A stretch of 64,000 bases of DNA from assembly GCF_009914755.1 (NCBI RefSeq), contig NC_060930.1. The stretch is one strand, 5' to 3'. Below are positions 1 to 14,631 of this stretch, piece after piece. Numbering within the stretch: position 1 is the stretch's first letter; every line of letters starts with the position of its first letter. The DNA comes from the human T2T-CHM13v2.0 reference genome, Homo sapiens. Position numbers and translations under genes: made by a program. The notes below the pieces were generated by a model, which was given only the letters and a program-made list of their open reading frames with translations, was not told where the DNA came from and searched no databases.

Positions 1-1198
1 TTCCTTACACCTTATACAAAAATTAACTAAAGATAGATTAAAGACTTAAACGTAAAACCTAAATCTGTAGAAACCTTAGAAGAAAACCTAGGCAATACCA
101 TTCAGGATATGGGCATGGGCAAAAACTTCATGAGTAAAACACCAAAAGCAATGGCAATGAAAGCCAAAATTGACAAATGGGATCTAATTAAACTAAAGAG
201 CTTCTGCACAGCAAAAAAACTATCATCAGAGTGAACAGGCAACCTACAGAATGGGGGAAAATTTTTACAATCTGTCTGTCTGACAAAGGGCTAATATTCA
301 GAATCTACAAGGAACTTAAACAAATTTACAAGAAAAAAGCAAACAACCCCATCAAAAAGTGGGTGAAGGATATGAACAGACACTTCTCAAAAGAAGACAT
401 TTACACAGCCAACAAACACATGAAAAAAAGCTCATCATCACTGGTCATTAGAGAAATGCAAATCAAAACTACAAGGAGATACCATTTCACGCCAGTTAGA
501 ATGGTGATCATTAAAAAGTCAGGAAACAACAGATGCTGGAGAGGATGTGGAGAAATAGGAACGCTTTTACACTGTTGGTGGGAGTGTAAATTAGTTCAAC
601 CATTGTGGAAGACAGTGTGGCCAATTCCTCAAGGAACTAGGACCAGAAATACCATTTGACCCAGCAATCCCATTACTGGGTATATACCAAAAGGAGTATA
701 AATCACTTTACTATAAAGACACATGCACATGTATGTTTACTGCAGCACTTTCCACAATAGCAAAGACTTGGAACCAACCCAAAGGCCCATGAATGACAGA
801 CTGGATAAAGAAAATGTGGCATATATACACCATGGAATACTAAGCCACCATAAAAAAGGATGAGTTCATGTCCTTTGCAGGGACATGGATGAAGCTAGAA
901 ACCATCATTCTCAGCAAACTAACACAGGAACAGAAAACCAAACACCACATGTTCTCATTCATAAGTGGGAGTTGAACAATGAGAACACATGGACACAGGA
1001 AGTGGAACATCACACACCAAGGCCTGTCAGGAGGTGGGGGACTAGGGGAGGGGTAGCATTAGGAGAAATACCTAATGTAGATAATGGGTTGATGGGTGCC
1101 ACAAACCACCATGGCACGTGCATACCTATGTAACAAACCTGCATGTTCTGCACATGTATCCCAGGACTTGAAGTATAATAATTTAAAAAAAGAAAAAA
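1..1198 (+). mobile_element. L1PA LINE-1 3' portion (ORF2 C-terminus remnant, 3'UTR, A-tail)
   Basis: ORF 231-659 matches the L1 ORF2 C-terminal region (…[27 protein letters not shown]); typical primate 3'UTR and A-rich tail at ~1185-1198. Confidence 0.95.
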
Positions 1199-1202
1199 TA
1201 TA

Positions 1203-1553
1203 AATACCCGAGACTGGGTAATTTATAAAGGAAAGGGATTTAATTGACTCACAGTTCTGCATGGCTGGGGAGGCCTCAAGAAACTTACAATCATGGCGGA
1301 AGGTGAAGGGGAAGCAAGCTTGGACTTTCTCACATGGCAGCAGGAGAGAGAAGAATGAGAGTGAAAGGGGAAGAGCCTCTTATAAAACCATTAGCTCTTG
1401 TGAGAACTCATTCACTATCATGAAAACAGCATGGGGAAAACCGCCCCCATGATCCAATCAGCACCCACCAGGTCTCTCCCTAAACACGTGGGGATTATGG
1501 GAATTACAAATCAAGATGAAATTTGGGTGGGGACACAAAGCCTTACCATATCA
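1203..1553 (-). mobile_element. MaLR LTR (MSTA/THE1-like), partial
   Basis: gagactgggtaatttataaagg…gaaatttgggtggggacac…ccatatca. Confidence 0.85.
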
Positions 1554-3516
1554 GGCACTATCAAACAATCTCATCCAATATGAGAGGAAAAGGGGTTTGC
1601 CATGATATAGGACTCTTTGTACTCTTCCCACTTAGGCTCCGCCCCTTATAATCATGATCAATTCATATTAGTACCATTAATATTAGTACTCCTGCACCTT
1701 GTGAGTGGACAGAAAAGTATACAGAGAATATGTGCTCTTCCTCCAAACCCCAGTGTTCTTGATATTCTCAGGACAAAATTATGTCCTTATCATAATTATC
1801 ATCTTCTTCTCAGCTAACATTTTAGGAAGCATTTACTCCATGCCCAATACTACCATCCTATTTATTATCACATCAGTACTGAGCTGAGTTCTTTCCCATT
1901 CATAAAACATTCATTCCTTCAACATATCAATCACTGGCACTGCTTGGTGTACTAGCTTACATTCTAGTTTCTGGAATGAGGGAGACTAATAATAAATACA
2001 ATAATTTAACAGAGCAGTAAATACTGTTAAATAAAATGGATTATTGTTAGAGAGTGAGAGATATGAGGAGGGATGAAGAAGGGACCACATTAGGAAGACA
2101 GTTCTTAGAGTCTCTTTGAAGTGGTGACATTTGAATGGAAACTTGAATGATGAGAAAGACTGGGGGACAGCTTGTTAGGCAGAGGGAGTGGCAAGTGCCA
2201 AGGAAAGGAGGTTGCAGGGCACTTGGTGCTGTCTCTCCTCACGTTCATGGAACTATCCTTGCATCTCCTCTCTTGGATGTCCTCTTCCCTAATGCTCTCT
2301 TATGCTGATTTTTCACACCCAGGAGTATTCAGATGCCCATCTGGTCTATGCCCACAAGAAATATTACTGCCTTATTGGCTTTTACCAACCTCATCTTAAT
2401 ATTGCACACTTGACCTTCAAGGCCTTAAAGAAACAGCAACTTAAAGCAAACCTGCATCTTCAGCAGAACCACTGTTCATCACATTGTCTAACATGTCACT
2501 GTCTCTTATCTAAGAATGTATGGGATATACTCCTCATAGAATTTAGTGCCAGGAAACAAAAATTCTTCTGAAGATCTGTTTTCCTTCGTTAACCAATGAA
2601 TTATAGGTAATCTTTCCTGTTATCCTTTTATTTTGGCTGCCAGGAACCACATAGCTAAAACGTAGTGCTCCTATTACAAAAATGATCTTACCCAGGTTTT
2701 GTGGTACATTCACTATTTCCCCCATTTATTTCTCTTGGTGGTTTCTCATCTTTATTTTGTTTTTACTGCCTTGTGTGAAAGTGCTTTTATTTAAGCTGCC
2801 CCAAACTTTTTGGAAATAGATGATGTATAAATCATTAATCACCAAGTGCTTTCTAAACAATCACAAGTAACTTCCTCATTGCAAAATCTGATGTGTCATC
2901 CTGGTCTTGATCTTACTCACCCTTTCTGCCACATGACATAACTCACTGATCTTCTTTCTAATCTTTGGTGTTGGATTATTATACATATGAATAAAACTGG
3001 TAAAAAAAATCTCCACATCCTCGGTTTTATGGCACATTACAGTGTCTTCATTCTCTTTATAACACATTTTTATCCTATCTTATGTATGAATGTGTACATA
3101 TATGAATATATGCATGTATACATGTATGTATGCATGTGTATATATTTAGTTTCCTTCTTTTTCCACATGTCCATTCATGCAGATATGCTCCAGGATTCTA
3201 TTCTAAGCTCACCTGCTCTCTGCTCTCTCTCCTTTGACACTTTTCTACTATTGTTACCTGTATGTAAAAGACTTTCAAGTTTTATTTCTAGCTCTAGTCA
3301 TTCTCTTGGGTTTGCAGTCCAAATTCTCTGGTACCATCTGGACCTCAGAGTTAGAATGAGGCCTTGTAGTTCATTCACCCTCCCAGTCATTGAGTTTCCT
3401 CCATGACATCTCTGCCAAGTATTTGTCCACCCTACATTTTTTCAGTGACATTAAACTTGCTACCTTTCAAGGCAGCTTACCTAACCAACTGGCTATGACT
3501 CTTAAAAGTTATTTCA

Positions 3517-3814
<298 letters not shown>

Positions 3815-6800
3815 CGGTTATTTCCAATAGGATGGCAACATCTTTGTGATACATGTCCGCTGATTCTAATGCTATTCCTAAGGTAACAATAAGAGCTAAG
3901 ACACATTGAATATGAAATGTGTTCCAGGGGCACTGCACATATTATCTCTCCACAACTCTGCAAGGTGGTTTTATTATTTTCATCATATCATTGGGACAAT
4001 TTAGAATGTATAATCTTTTTCCACGGCTTTTCTCCAAATGGTGAAACACACGTATCTTCCAGGGAAACCACTGTCTTCCAGGTTAAGAAAGTACAAATTC
4101 CTCCAACCATGTCTCACACAAATTATTTTGTTTTGTAAGTGAATTTCACCACCTATATTCTTGACCTCTAACCATGGTGTCAAAAATAAGTTCAAAATAA
4201 CATTGCAATTGTGACTTGGATATGCAGAATAGAACGTAACGATTGCCAACTTCATTCTGGACGCTATATGGCTCTACTGACATAGCCTAAGATCATACTT
4301 GTTACTTCCTACTTAATCAAATAATATCCCTGAGGCTTTTTAATCAATGGCGTGCTAAACATCTGCAAGAATTCTGATGGCTATGTCAAACTACTGAACT
4401 CAACTTATTTCCTCACTAACCTCTTCATGAGTTTGACTTGTCCATGTCTTATGACATCCTTATTTCCCAGACTCATAGGCTAAAATGCTCCCTGACAGCT
4501 TTATAGCTCCTCTTACATCTTCTAGATCTTTTTGTTCACCAAGTCTTGAAGGCTCTGACTCAAACATTTTCTCACATCATCATCTTCCCATGGACCCTGC
4601 CTTTTGCTGTTTCTCAGTTTAGGCCTCTTCTCTCACCTGGACAGCTGAAATTGTGGTGTTCCTACTTCCCTTGACCGCCCCCCTGCATGGACTGATGAAG
4701 CGCCTCTCCCATAGCACAGCTCCCGCCCGGTAATCCTCCGCTTAGAGAGCTTCAGCAGCACTCTGCCTAGCAAGGAAAATTCCACCTTTTTACTCTGATA
4801 TTAACAGCTGCCAGTATATGTCTTCTTTTTTAGCCTTATCATCTAGTGATTTCCTGCGAGTACTGTACGCTTTTGAAATATTGTGCACAAAATGGTTTTA
4901 ATTTTCCTGATTCTGCATCTATCTTTATTTACATTGTTTTTGAGCCTGGAGACACCTTTGTCTGTCAAAATTCTATCTTTCAATAATCCGAGAAAATGTC
5001 ACAACCTCTATGACACTTTTGCCAGATCCTGGTCTAGCCATTTAAAATTAATCTCATGCTGCTGAGTTCTCACAGCATTTTAGTTCTCTCCTAGAATATA
5101 ATAATAACAGAAATTTACATATAGGTCTTATCTCTTTATTCTTTAGGCTCCCTCAGACTTGTTCATGTTTTTTTTTTTAATTTTGCTATTCTTTGGTACA
5201 GAGTAAGGATTGAATTACACAGCACATTAATTAAGAAAAAGGAGGCAGAAAACAGAAGAGGTAAAACTGATGAGTAGCAGAAACTAAAGAAAACTTGGAA
5301 ATCTAATGCAAACACTTGGAAATTCAGACCCACACAGGCTGTATTTACCAATGCACCGAAAGACTTTTCTCTCTTTCCTTTGTTGCTGCCTCTCTCTAAC
5401 ATAACATTTTAGACTGTATCCTCTGAACTCTACTTTCAGGAACATAACCTATTTCTTTTTCCCTAAAATCTAACCAGACTAGAACTCTCTTGGGGGCAAC
5501 AGTCAGAGGCCAGCACACCAAGTGCCAAAGTTGATTTTGGTTGCAATCAGCCACCTCACTGAGTAACTACATTCAGTGATCCTACTAAGCCATAAATCCA
5601 CATTCTCTTAAAAATAATCTCAGTGGCAATGAGCAGACAAGCTTTTCCAAGCTCACTTGTTACTCCCCCAAAGTCTTAATAAATATTTTAGATATTAAGT
5701 CATTGCAATGTCCTGTTGCTCAATAAAAATAAAAAGCTTATCATACACATTTATTCATTGCTGTTATTTTGAAACAAGACATAAAGGTCTTTACATCACA
5801 AAGATACAGTTGATTTTATATAAGATGTACTCGAAATAGTTGCATTTAGAAAGAAAACTTGGGAATAGATTCTTTATCAATGTGATTGAATTTCAGTATC
5901 ACCTACGAGAATTTTAAACTATTTAACATAACCTATGTTAGGTCAAGAAAAGGGCTTCACATTTTTTCCTTCCTGGAATTAACATTTATTTAATGGAATT
6001 CTACCTTACGAAACCCCACTTGCATTACCCAGATGTTCAGTCAATGAAATTACTGAATTAATGGGAAAAAATTACCTTCTTAAGATTAGGTCACATGAAT
6101 TCACAAAACTGGAAGTGGTTACATAATGTAGCAGAGTTACATAATAACGTATTGAATGATATTATACTTTAAGATATAATGAGTTTTTAACTAATAGTCT
6201 TGTTTTCTGAGCCCAGCCTTCCTGCTTTTTACTTGACTCTCCTTCTCATCTCATTTGTGCCTCCCCCTCTATTCTCAAGTATGTATCCTTTCTTCCTGAA
6301 TATTTGGCTATGATTACGTAGGCACCATATCAGTTGTTTCCCATAAATAAAAGGGGAAACATACATATATGCATACATTGACACATAAAATCATCTTTTC
6401 AAAATATTACATTTTGGAGACAATTCCAGTGTGGGAAGGATTTCTCTATTGTTTGGTTTTGAGTACTCAAAATGATAAATAAATGTAACTTTCAACTAAA
6501 TCCATCATTTATATAAACATAGGTGGGTCATTAGACATTGAATTTACTGAAAGTAATTTAGTTTAAAATGTTTCTTCATCAGTGAAAATTGAAGTTACTG
6601 GACTTGAGTAGATGAAGAAAACATGGACTCCAATAGCTTGAGTCAAAATTGCCAATATTATTTACTGATAAACTAGCATAGAAATTACAATCAGGGCAGT
6701 TTATTCCTACCAGAAGAAAATAAGACAGTAGGGTTTTTTGTTTGTTTGTTTTTTCCTGGCAGATAGAACATTTGAGCTCTTGATATGTTTTAAATTTCAG

Positions 6801-7032
6801 GCAACAAAATTATGTAAATATCCTAAAATTACATAAAATATGAGTAAACACCTATTTTTCTATGAACTATTAGATGTATGAAAAGCAAAGATGCTCCTTT
6901 CTCCTCAATTTATCTATTTAGAAATACTAATAACAATAATAATCATAAGAGAGTGTGGGGAAAATCAAATGTCAAGCCTCACCCAAACAGTAGGTAGGGA
7001 AAATGTTAGTATTCCAATTCACAATGAAGCCT

Positions 7033-7217
7033 TTTACTCCAATGTACATTGGAGTAAATTGGAGTATTTAATACTCCAATGTACACTGGAGTAAATTGGA
7101 GTATTTAATACTCCAATGTACATTGGAGTACATTGGAGTACATCAGAGTACATTGGAGTATTTAATACTCCAATGTACACTGGAGTAAATTGGAGTATTT
7201 AATACTCCAATTCACAA
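7033..7217. repeat. Tandem array of nested palindromes (37-bp units plus 10-bp subunits)
   Basis: Perfect 26-bp palindrome tttactccaatgt|acattggagtaaa at 7033-7058; units start at 7035, 7072, 7109 and 7166. Confidence 0.95.
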
Positions 7218-9726
7218 CACGGCATTCAGTTAATCATAATAGTTTGTAAATTATATAGGTCATTGTATTGCTTTATAGCATGTCTATGCCTTAGTGCCCT
7301 AATAAAAGACACTAGTTTTCCTTTGCTTTTATCTAGTGAATTTTGATCATACTAAACTCATAGGTCACAGGTAAATTACTGTATGGTAGTGCTGAGTGGC
7401 AATAAATTGAGAAAGAAATAGGTTCAAATCTTACATTAGCATACATTTTTACTTATTAAGAGCCCGGTCAAAGATTTAATGACAAGAATGTTAAATGTAG
7501 TGGCTGACAGGAGTGCTGAGCTTACCTTCAAGTTAATTCATTCCTAATGTCAATGTCTTTCATTTCCATACTTAGATATATTAACTATCTATTCATCACA
7601 TATTTCTAGAACGGGTTTGAAGTCTTCACTCTGATCTTATAAATCATACAAAATCTTTCCAGATCGGAGCAAATCTAACTGCTAGATTTAGAAATTGCCC
7701 TAGTGATTTTAACAAGTTGATATTGGAGATGGTTTTCTTTCTCAAACTTAAATGTATTTATTCTTCATCCAAACTGAGGATTCTGGGGTTTTGGTCAAGG
7801 TACTATATTATAAACAGATTGTAATCAAAGATGGAACTGCAGCAGTATCAGGAAAAAATTCTAAAATATTGCTAGTGCATGGGAAATGTGGACCCGGAAG
7901 AAGGGCAGGGATCTCACTCTCCTTCCCTTTTGTTCATCCCCTACACCAGCGTTTTAGAATATCTTACATTACAATGATTACGCAGGGTAGCCTACAAGTG
8001 AGAGGGGAAAAGGCATAGTACAGATGTATGTACACATTTTCTTTATTTCAATGAGAAGGAATTGGGTGTTGAGGTCGGTTCACAAAGAGGGTTAAGCCTC
8101 CAGTCTGTTGTTGTTCTGATACTATGGTGGAGGTTGTTAAATCATCCACCAACAGAGCCACTTCCTGCTTTTCTTCCCCTTATCTCTGAGTCTCTGCTTA
8201 GCAGCTTGCTTGAACATTAGTTGTAGAGGCTCCTAAATTTTGAGATCAATTGGTCTATTGCTAAACCCTAAGGAAATCATTGCCTATTACTCCCATGTTG
8301 TATTTAGCTATGACTTCAAAGCTTAGAATGACCAGTACTCACTAGATAAAAGAAAAATAACTTGAAGAAGCTTATATGTGAACTCCTTGTGGAAAGGGGC
8401 CACGTTTAATTAATCTTTGTATCCAAAAATATCACACAGCCTAGCACATAGTGGGTGCTCAAATATGTTTGTAAGCAGGTTGGTGAAACAAACTAGTCAG
8501 GAAAGGATAACACACGAAATACATGGAGAACAACCTAAACATTAATAAGGACCAATTAGTTAAGACAAATACTGGCACGAAATTAAAACCCCTTCAAGCC
8601 CTTATTGTTTACATGATGTTTCTTGTACCTATTTTGATTTATTAAGTCTAATACAATACCTAACACTTCCATACTGAGTACCAATATATGAAAGATTTTA
8701 TAGACATAATTTCTTTTAATCCTTTAACATTTTTAAATTGTCTTCAGTTTTACAGATAATGATACTAAGGCTCAAAGAAGTGAAGGCTAAATCCCTGGTT
8801 ATTTGAATCTAAAACCTGGGCTCTTTCCACCAAATTACATTCTCTGCTTTTAAAGTCTCCTTCTTTTAAGGGCAATTTTCCATAAGCTTTTTTACTTCAT
8901 GTGAATTAAATAATATGGATTGCTGTGTTTCAAATAGCAAACTTTCAAATATTTGTTGAGTTTGATTAATAAAATCCTGAAAAAATAGGAGAGTTTAGGG
9001 TAATAGGACGTGGACATAGGGTCGTCTACCAAGAGCCAAAACTGACTCATAAAATCTGTAGATTACATGACTTATCATAAATACACCAAAATAACAGGCT
9101 CCCACCTTTCATAGAGACTGGAAAATAGAGAAAGTGACAACTTTCACAAGAGACTTCACTGGATTTAACTCACTATATTATTGGGAAGATTCAAGATAAT
9201 TTTTAAAATGAAATAAACACTCACCTGCTCATTCCATTTATGTCATAATTTCCCCCAGGTTGTGTCTGTTTTACTGTAATGCCATGGCTCTTGAATTATA
9301 ACCTGTGTATTTCAACAGCCAATCAGCAGTACTGTACTGTGAAAAGCCTGTGACCCAAGATAAGGAAGTAAATATTTGCTTTGTGAACCACAATCATTGA
9401 CTACAATAGAATTATATTTACTGACACAGGGAATTTTTAAAAATCTCACATACAAAGCTTAAGAAATTCAGTGATTTTAGATATTTATTAATCATGCTAG
9501 AATACTAAGTATAAAATACTTCTATAATTTCATGAAAAAGCCTGCATATCTAATAAATAGTAGAGTAAAAATTCAAATCCATTTCTATTTGAAATAGATT
9601 TTATTTTCCACCATAGGTCATTGCTTCTCCTATAGGGACCTCCCATCATTATAAATTCTGAATTACTCAGGTTTTACTGTATTTGATAAACTGGTACCAC
9701 TGATGATTATAAAATTTTACACTTTC

Positions 9727-10002
9727 AGCTGGGCGCAGTGGCTCACGCCTGTAATCCAGCACTTTGGGAGGCTGAGGTGGGTGGATTGCTTGAGCCCAGG
9801 AGTTCAAGACAAGCAAAACCCCGACTCTACAAATAATACAAAAATTAGCTGGGCGTCGTGGTACACACCTGTAGTCCCAGCTCCTGAGGTGGCAAGATCA
9901 CCTGAGCCCAGGGAGGTTGAGGCTACAGTGAGCCATGACTGAGCCACTGCACTCCAGCCTGGGTGACAGAGTGAGACCCTGCCTCAAAAAACAAAACAAA
10001 AA
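9727..10002 (+). mobile_element. AluJ-like with internal deletions
   Basis: Alu consensus motifs; degenerate TSD ttta(c/t)actttc. Confidence 0.9.
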
Positions 10003-11105
10003 CATTTATACTTTCTAGATAGTTTAATACCTAAGGACTTTATAGATTTTCCAAGCTAGATAATTAAACTTTTGAAACCAAATTTGTCAAAAGTTATAGA
10101 ACTTAAAAAGTCAAAAACAGGAGCTTACAAGACCACTGAATCATGTGAAACATTGCAGATACAGAGCTCGTTAAGGTAACACATTAAATTCTTACTTTTA
10201 ACATGTGTAAATTTCACCTAGAGCTTAGTAGTTGAAGTAAGGTATGATTCTAACCTGACATGGTTTTATAATTTAGCTTAACTGACTCATTCTGATGAGA
10301 AATCAAATGAATGTCCCTATGATCTCTATGTACTCCCATCTTTCCTTTCAACCCCTTTATCTCAGAAAAACTCAGAAGTTCTTCCATAACATTGGCAACT
10401 GGCAGAAACAATCCACGACTATCTGGGAACTCTTCAGACACAAGCTTCTCATAGTAAGGTGTTTGTGAGCAAATTGTTTACTGATTCCGGACTTCTAAAA
10501 AGAAGTGTAAAGGTTGGAAAATTCAGGGGTGTAGCAGTATATGATGAACCCCAATACCCTGGCTGATCCAGCTTTTCTGGTTTAGCCACAGTGATCTTTT
10601 TGCCACAGTGATCTTTGTCACTGAGCATTTCCTTTCCTTGTTTGCTTCTGCCTTTTAAAAAATTAATATTAGCACTCAAACAAATAAGAAAAATGTACCA
10701 GAACAGCAGTGGAAACACAGGCTAAAGACTTGAACGAGCCATCCTCAAAGACAAAAACTGCTTATCAGTATGTCAAAAAGTAATCAGTCTTATTGGTAGC
10801 CAAAGAAATAAAAGTTTGAAAAATATTATTTTCACCTATCAAGTTAGCAAAGATTTTTTAAAGAATGGCATTATGTTGGCAAGAACTAGCTGTTCTAAGC
10901 ATCGTGCCCAAAGGAGAAACTGCAATAGAGATACGCATACAAAATTTAGGCATGAGGATCAAAATCCAAAGATAAAAGAATGGCTAAATAAAGACATTCA
11001 TAAGGTGAACTATATCACTAAATCGCATTAAAAATATCAATTTTAATTTCTTGAGAAACAGCAACAAAGGAATGTTAATTTTTTTAGAAATATGAAGTTC
11101 TAAAA

Positions 11106-11448
11106 CAGCCATCCCAACCTTTTTGGCACCAGGGACCGGTTTCATGGAAGACAATTTTTCCACGGATGGCAGTGGGGGTGGGGGAATAGTTCTGGAATGA
11201 AACTGTTCCACGTCAGCTCATCAGGCATTAGATTCTCATAAGGAGTGCACAACCTCAATTCCTTGCATGCGCAGTTCACAATAGGGGTCACGCTCCTATG
11301 AGAATCTAATGCCAGCCGCTGATCAGACAAGAGGAGGAGCTCAGGAGGTAATGCTCACTTACCAGCCACTCACCTCCTGCTGTGCTGCTGGCTTCCCAAC
11401 AAGTCATGGGCTGGTACCCGTCTGCAGCTCAGGGGTTGGGGACCCCTG
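11106..11448 (+). mobile_element. MER1B hAT-Charlie DNA transposon
   Basis: cag..ccccaacctttttggcaccagggaccgg … ggggttggggacccctg termini; 8-bp TSD ttctaaaa/ttctagaa. Confidence 0.9.
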
Positions 11449-12016
11449 TTCTAGAATATGATTCAAATTCTTAAAACAATGGTACGTTTATATAAAGCAA
11501 ATAAACTTGTGGTAAACCATGCTGTGTTTTCAATAGCAGTTCTTTAGGTATTGAGATAATTATAAGCACTCAGTACATGCCAAGCACTATGTTCAGTACT
11601 TTATATACATTGCATTGTATTTATGCTTGCATCCTGCCTTCATCCCTCTTGTATGTCTGAGGAAACTGAGGCTCAGGACAGATTAGTAACTTGCCTACAG
11701 CAATAAAGTTTTTAAAGGGAGGAGCCACAATACAAGCTAAAGCCAGCTTGACCCAAAATTCATGCTCTTCACATCCATATCTGCCTATAGGTAATTTTGT
11801 ATCGTAGGGGATCTAAGATAAGCAAATATAGAGCTTTTATAATTGGGAAACAAATCAGTAATATAAATGTTGTATTAAACACATATATATTCCCAAAACG
11901 ACAATTCTGAAAATTGCTTCCTCCAAAGATGTAGGACCATAAACACGAGTTTTAGGAGCCCAACTAGTGTACTTGGTAAACAGTGTAAGTGCTGATTTTA
12001 AAAATGCAATTCTTAC

Positions 12017-12046
12017 CTTGGAAGACTTTTGCGAGCCATGTCGACC
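12017..12046 (-). other. Candidate 30-nt alternative exon in intron 1
   Basis: Minus strand reads ttttgcag|GGTCGACATGGCTCGCAAAAGTCTTCCAAG|gtaaga; ATG in strong Kozak context. Confidence 0.4.
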
Positions 12047-14626
12047 CTGCAAAATTTATTAATTTAGGAAAAATTATTTTACACCTGCCTTTGCCACATA
12101 CTGTGCCAGGTGCTGGCACAATAGCAGGAATGATCGTCTAAATGAATTTCTTTGGAAGTTAGGAAAGTGTCTTTTTTTCAGAGATAAGTGTGGGTAGGGA
12201 GAGAAGGAAGGTGGGAGTATCCATCAATCTCACACTGAAAGTCTTGGCTACCTATTGGCTACCTATAGCAAAGGATTATTTTAAGGTTTTCCATAAAAAT
12301 ATATTTGTCTGAGGACCCTTGACACTCCCTTGGAAATGTCATATAATTTTACGCCTCCACAATGCATTCACACTTACACTCTAACTATACCAATCAGGTG
12401 AAATAAAATGCTTTTAACATCACATAGCATTATTCTCAACCTCTGGGTATATAGCGGTCCTTCGATTTGCCCTCTTTGGTAGTGCAGTATTCTCAGTGTT
12501 AAGTAAGCAGAGTTGGAGAGTATCAGAAACAGGATTCTCAGCAGAAATGTGGTTGAATGGACTCCCAGCCCTCTTGGCATCGTACCTCATCATCCATGCC
12601 TACCTTCCTTTTCCAGGAAAGCCCATGTATTTTAGCAAACGGACTTCTGACACAAAGGCCATTATCTCTACGGCTTTAGATTAAAAGGTAAATTCTTTCT
12701 TAGACTTTACTCTGCAAGTCAACCAGAATTTTGATCAATTCAGATTTAAAATTTTCACTTTTACTTGGCTGTTACAGTAAGATCAAACGGGTAAGAATAT
12801 ATATTTCTCCTTTTCTTCAAAGACCGTGGCCCTCGTGGTAGGAAATGTTAAGGAAGGTTTATTATTATTATTATTTATTATTATGCAAAAGTATAAAATG
12901 GTCACAGGAATAAGGAACTTAGACCTTAAACATGATGAATTCAAATAAATAAGTACCTCAGAGGAAGAGCCCTACAACCAAAGAGATACCTATTTGAGAA
13001 GGAAATGCTGTTTGCCTTAGAATGAACAGGATAGTAAATTAACTCTCCTTGTTAATTCCCTTCCGTGGGGACTAAACGCCAAGGAGTAGTTGCGGAACTA
13101 TAGCAAAAAGGGTCGAAATCAATCAGCATAACAGACACCTTATGTTATTTGTTCTGTAAATTCGACGGTTTTCTTAATCGTTCAGACTAATTTCAGGAGG
13201 AAGGATGAGTGCCCCTGGCTCTGAGATCACGTGTCATTGCCATGGAGATTTATCTTATTTAATAAGTAATACCACTCAATCTTTTTGTAATAACGAACAC
13301 TTCTTTTCTTGTTACCTCAAACTAAATAAACTACTCTCCTATGGTGGCTCTAAGTGCGGGTTTCAAAAGACTATAAAAACTAGTGAATAAATCCAGTCTC
13401 CCATGAGTGTGCTAATTACTGTTTTAGTTCATGTTAACAGAAGAAATGGCTTAACAACAGTAACAACTGGAGGAGGTCAAACTTCTCATTCATTTGTATT
13501 AAATCACCCTTTCATTAGATAGGAGTGCTATAATGCATATTTCTTGGATAATACTCTCACTACAGAAGACTTCGGAAACAAGTACAATGTACTTTAAATG
13601 TTTCACGGTTTGCAAATTATTTCGTACACGCAGCGTCTGGCAGTTGTGAATCGAGGAGGAAAGCATTATTTTCCACTACACTAATAAAAATCAATTCTCA
13701 CGTCTTCAATTAAATGATTTTCAGAAGGGTTCATCACCCGGAAAACCAGTATGTATGAACGCCGGAAATGCAGATGGCACCCAGCCTCAGAACTGCTTAT
13801 TCTAGATGGGAACCAAACTAAGATTTCTCTTTATTATTTGTGAAAGCCATCCCACGCTGGAGAGAATCTCGCCGTAAAACAATTTAAGAAAAGAAAGAAA
13901 TAACTCTGAAGAGTGTGAAGTTCTCCAGACAAATCTTATAGTGAATCTTTTGAAAGAAGCATTTATGGAAAGGTCAGGGGAGGTCAGGAGAGTTATGCCA
14001 GGAGCCAGGGTCAATCGTCCCCGGGCGACAGGGGTTCTCCCACGTGAACCGACGTCCCGGGCTCCGGGCGAGGCGCAGGGCTCAGGGCGCAGGGCGGGTC
14101 CCGTACGCAGGGCGGGCGCGCGGGCATCTTTGTGGCCAGGCGACCCCGGCTCGCTCTCCCGGAGCCCAGGGACTCCCGAGGCTGGCGCGGGCTGCCCGCG
14201 ACAAGGTGCCAGCAGCCTCGGGCTCGCGAGGAGCAGCTCCCACCCGCGGCTTCCGAGTCCAGCTCTGTCCCTCCGCCATCCCCTAGTCCTCCGGCATTTA
14301 TTCAGGGAGACAGGGAGGCAGAGAGAAGAGGAGAAAGCGGCCGTGTCTGCACCCAGCCTCTGCCGCAGCACTCGATGAGGGACAGCAGGGAGGCTGGCGG
14401 GGAGGCAGAGATTAAACTATGATTCCATCGATCACGGAAAGACCACCATCACCTACAGCAAAGGAGGCTCCGATGCGCCCACCCGGGCAGCGACTCGCGG
14501 TTGGTGGGCGTTCCTCGTCCTCGCCCCCTCGGTGGCTGTGGAATCCACCCCGCGCCGCACACGCCAGGACTCCCTTTCCTTTGACTAAGGGGAGGGGAAG
14601 GAACAAAAGAGACCCCCCACCCCCTA

Positions 14627-14631
14627 TACAT

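Noticed and set aside
7033-7217. Superficially CRISPR-like palindromic 37-bp repeats
   Set aside because: No unique spacers, no cas genes and a mammalian context.
10250-10718. Two adjacent minus-strand ORFs (89 and 63 aa) with splice-like ends
   Set aside because: They are in different frames, so not a read-through; no recognisable protein; donor GTTAGA is weak.
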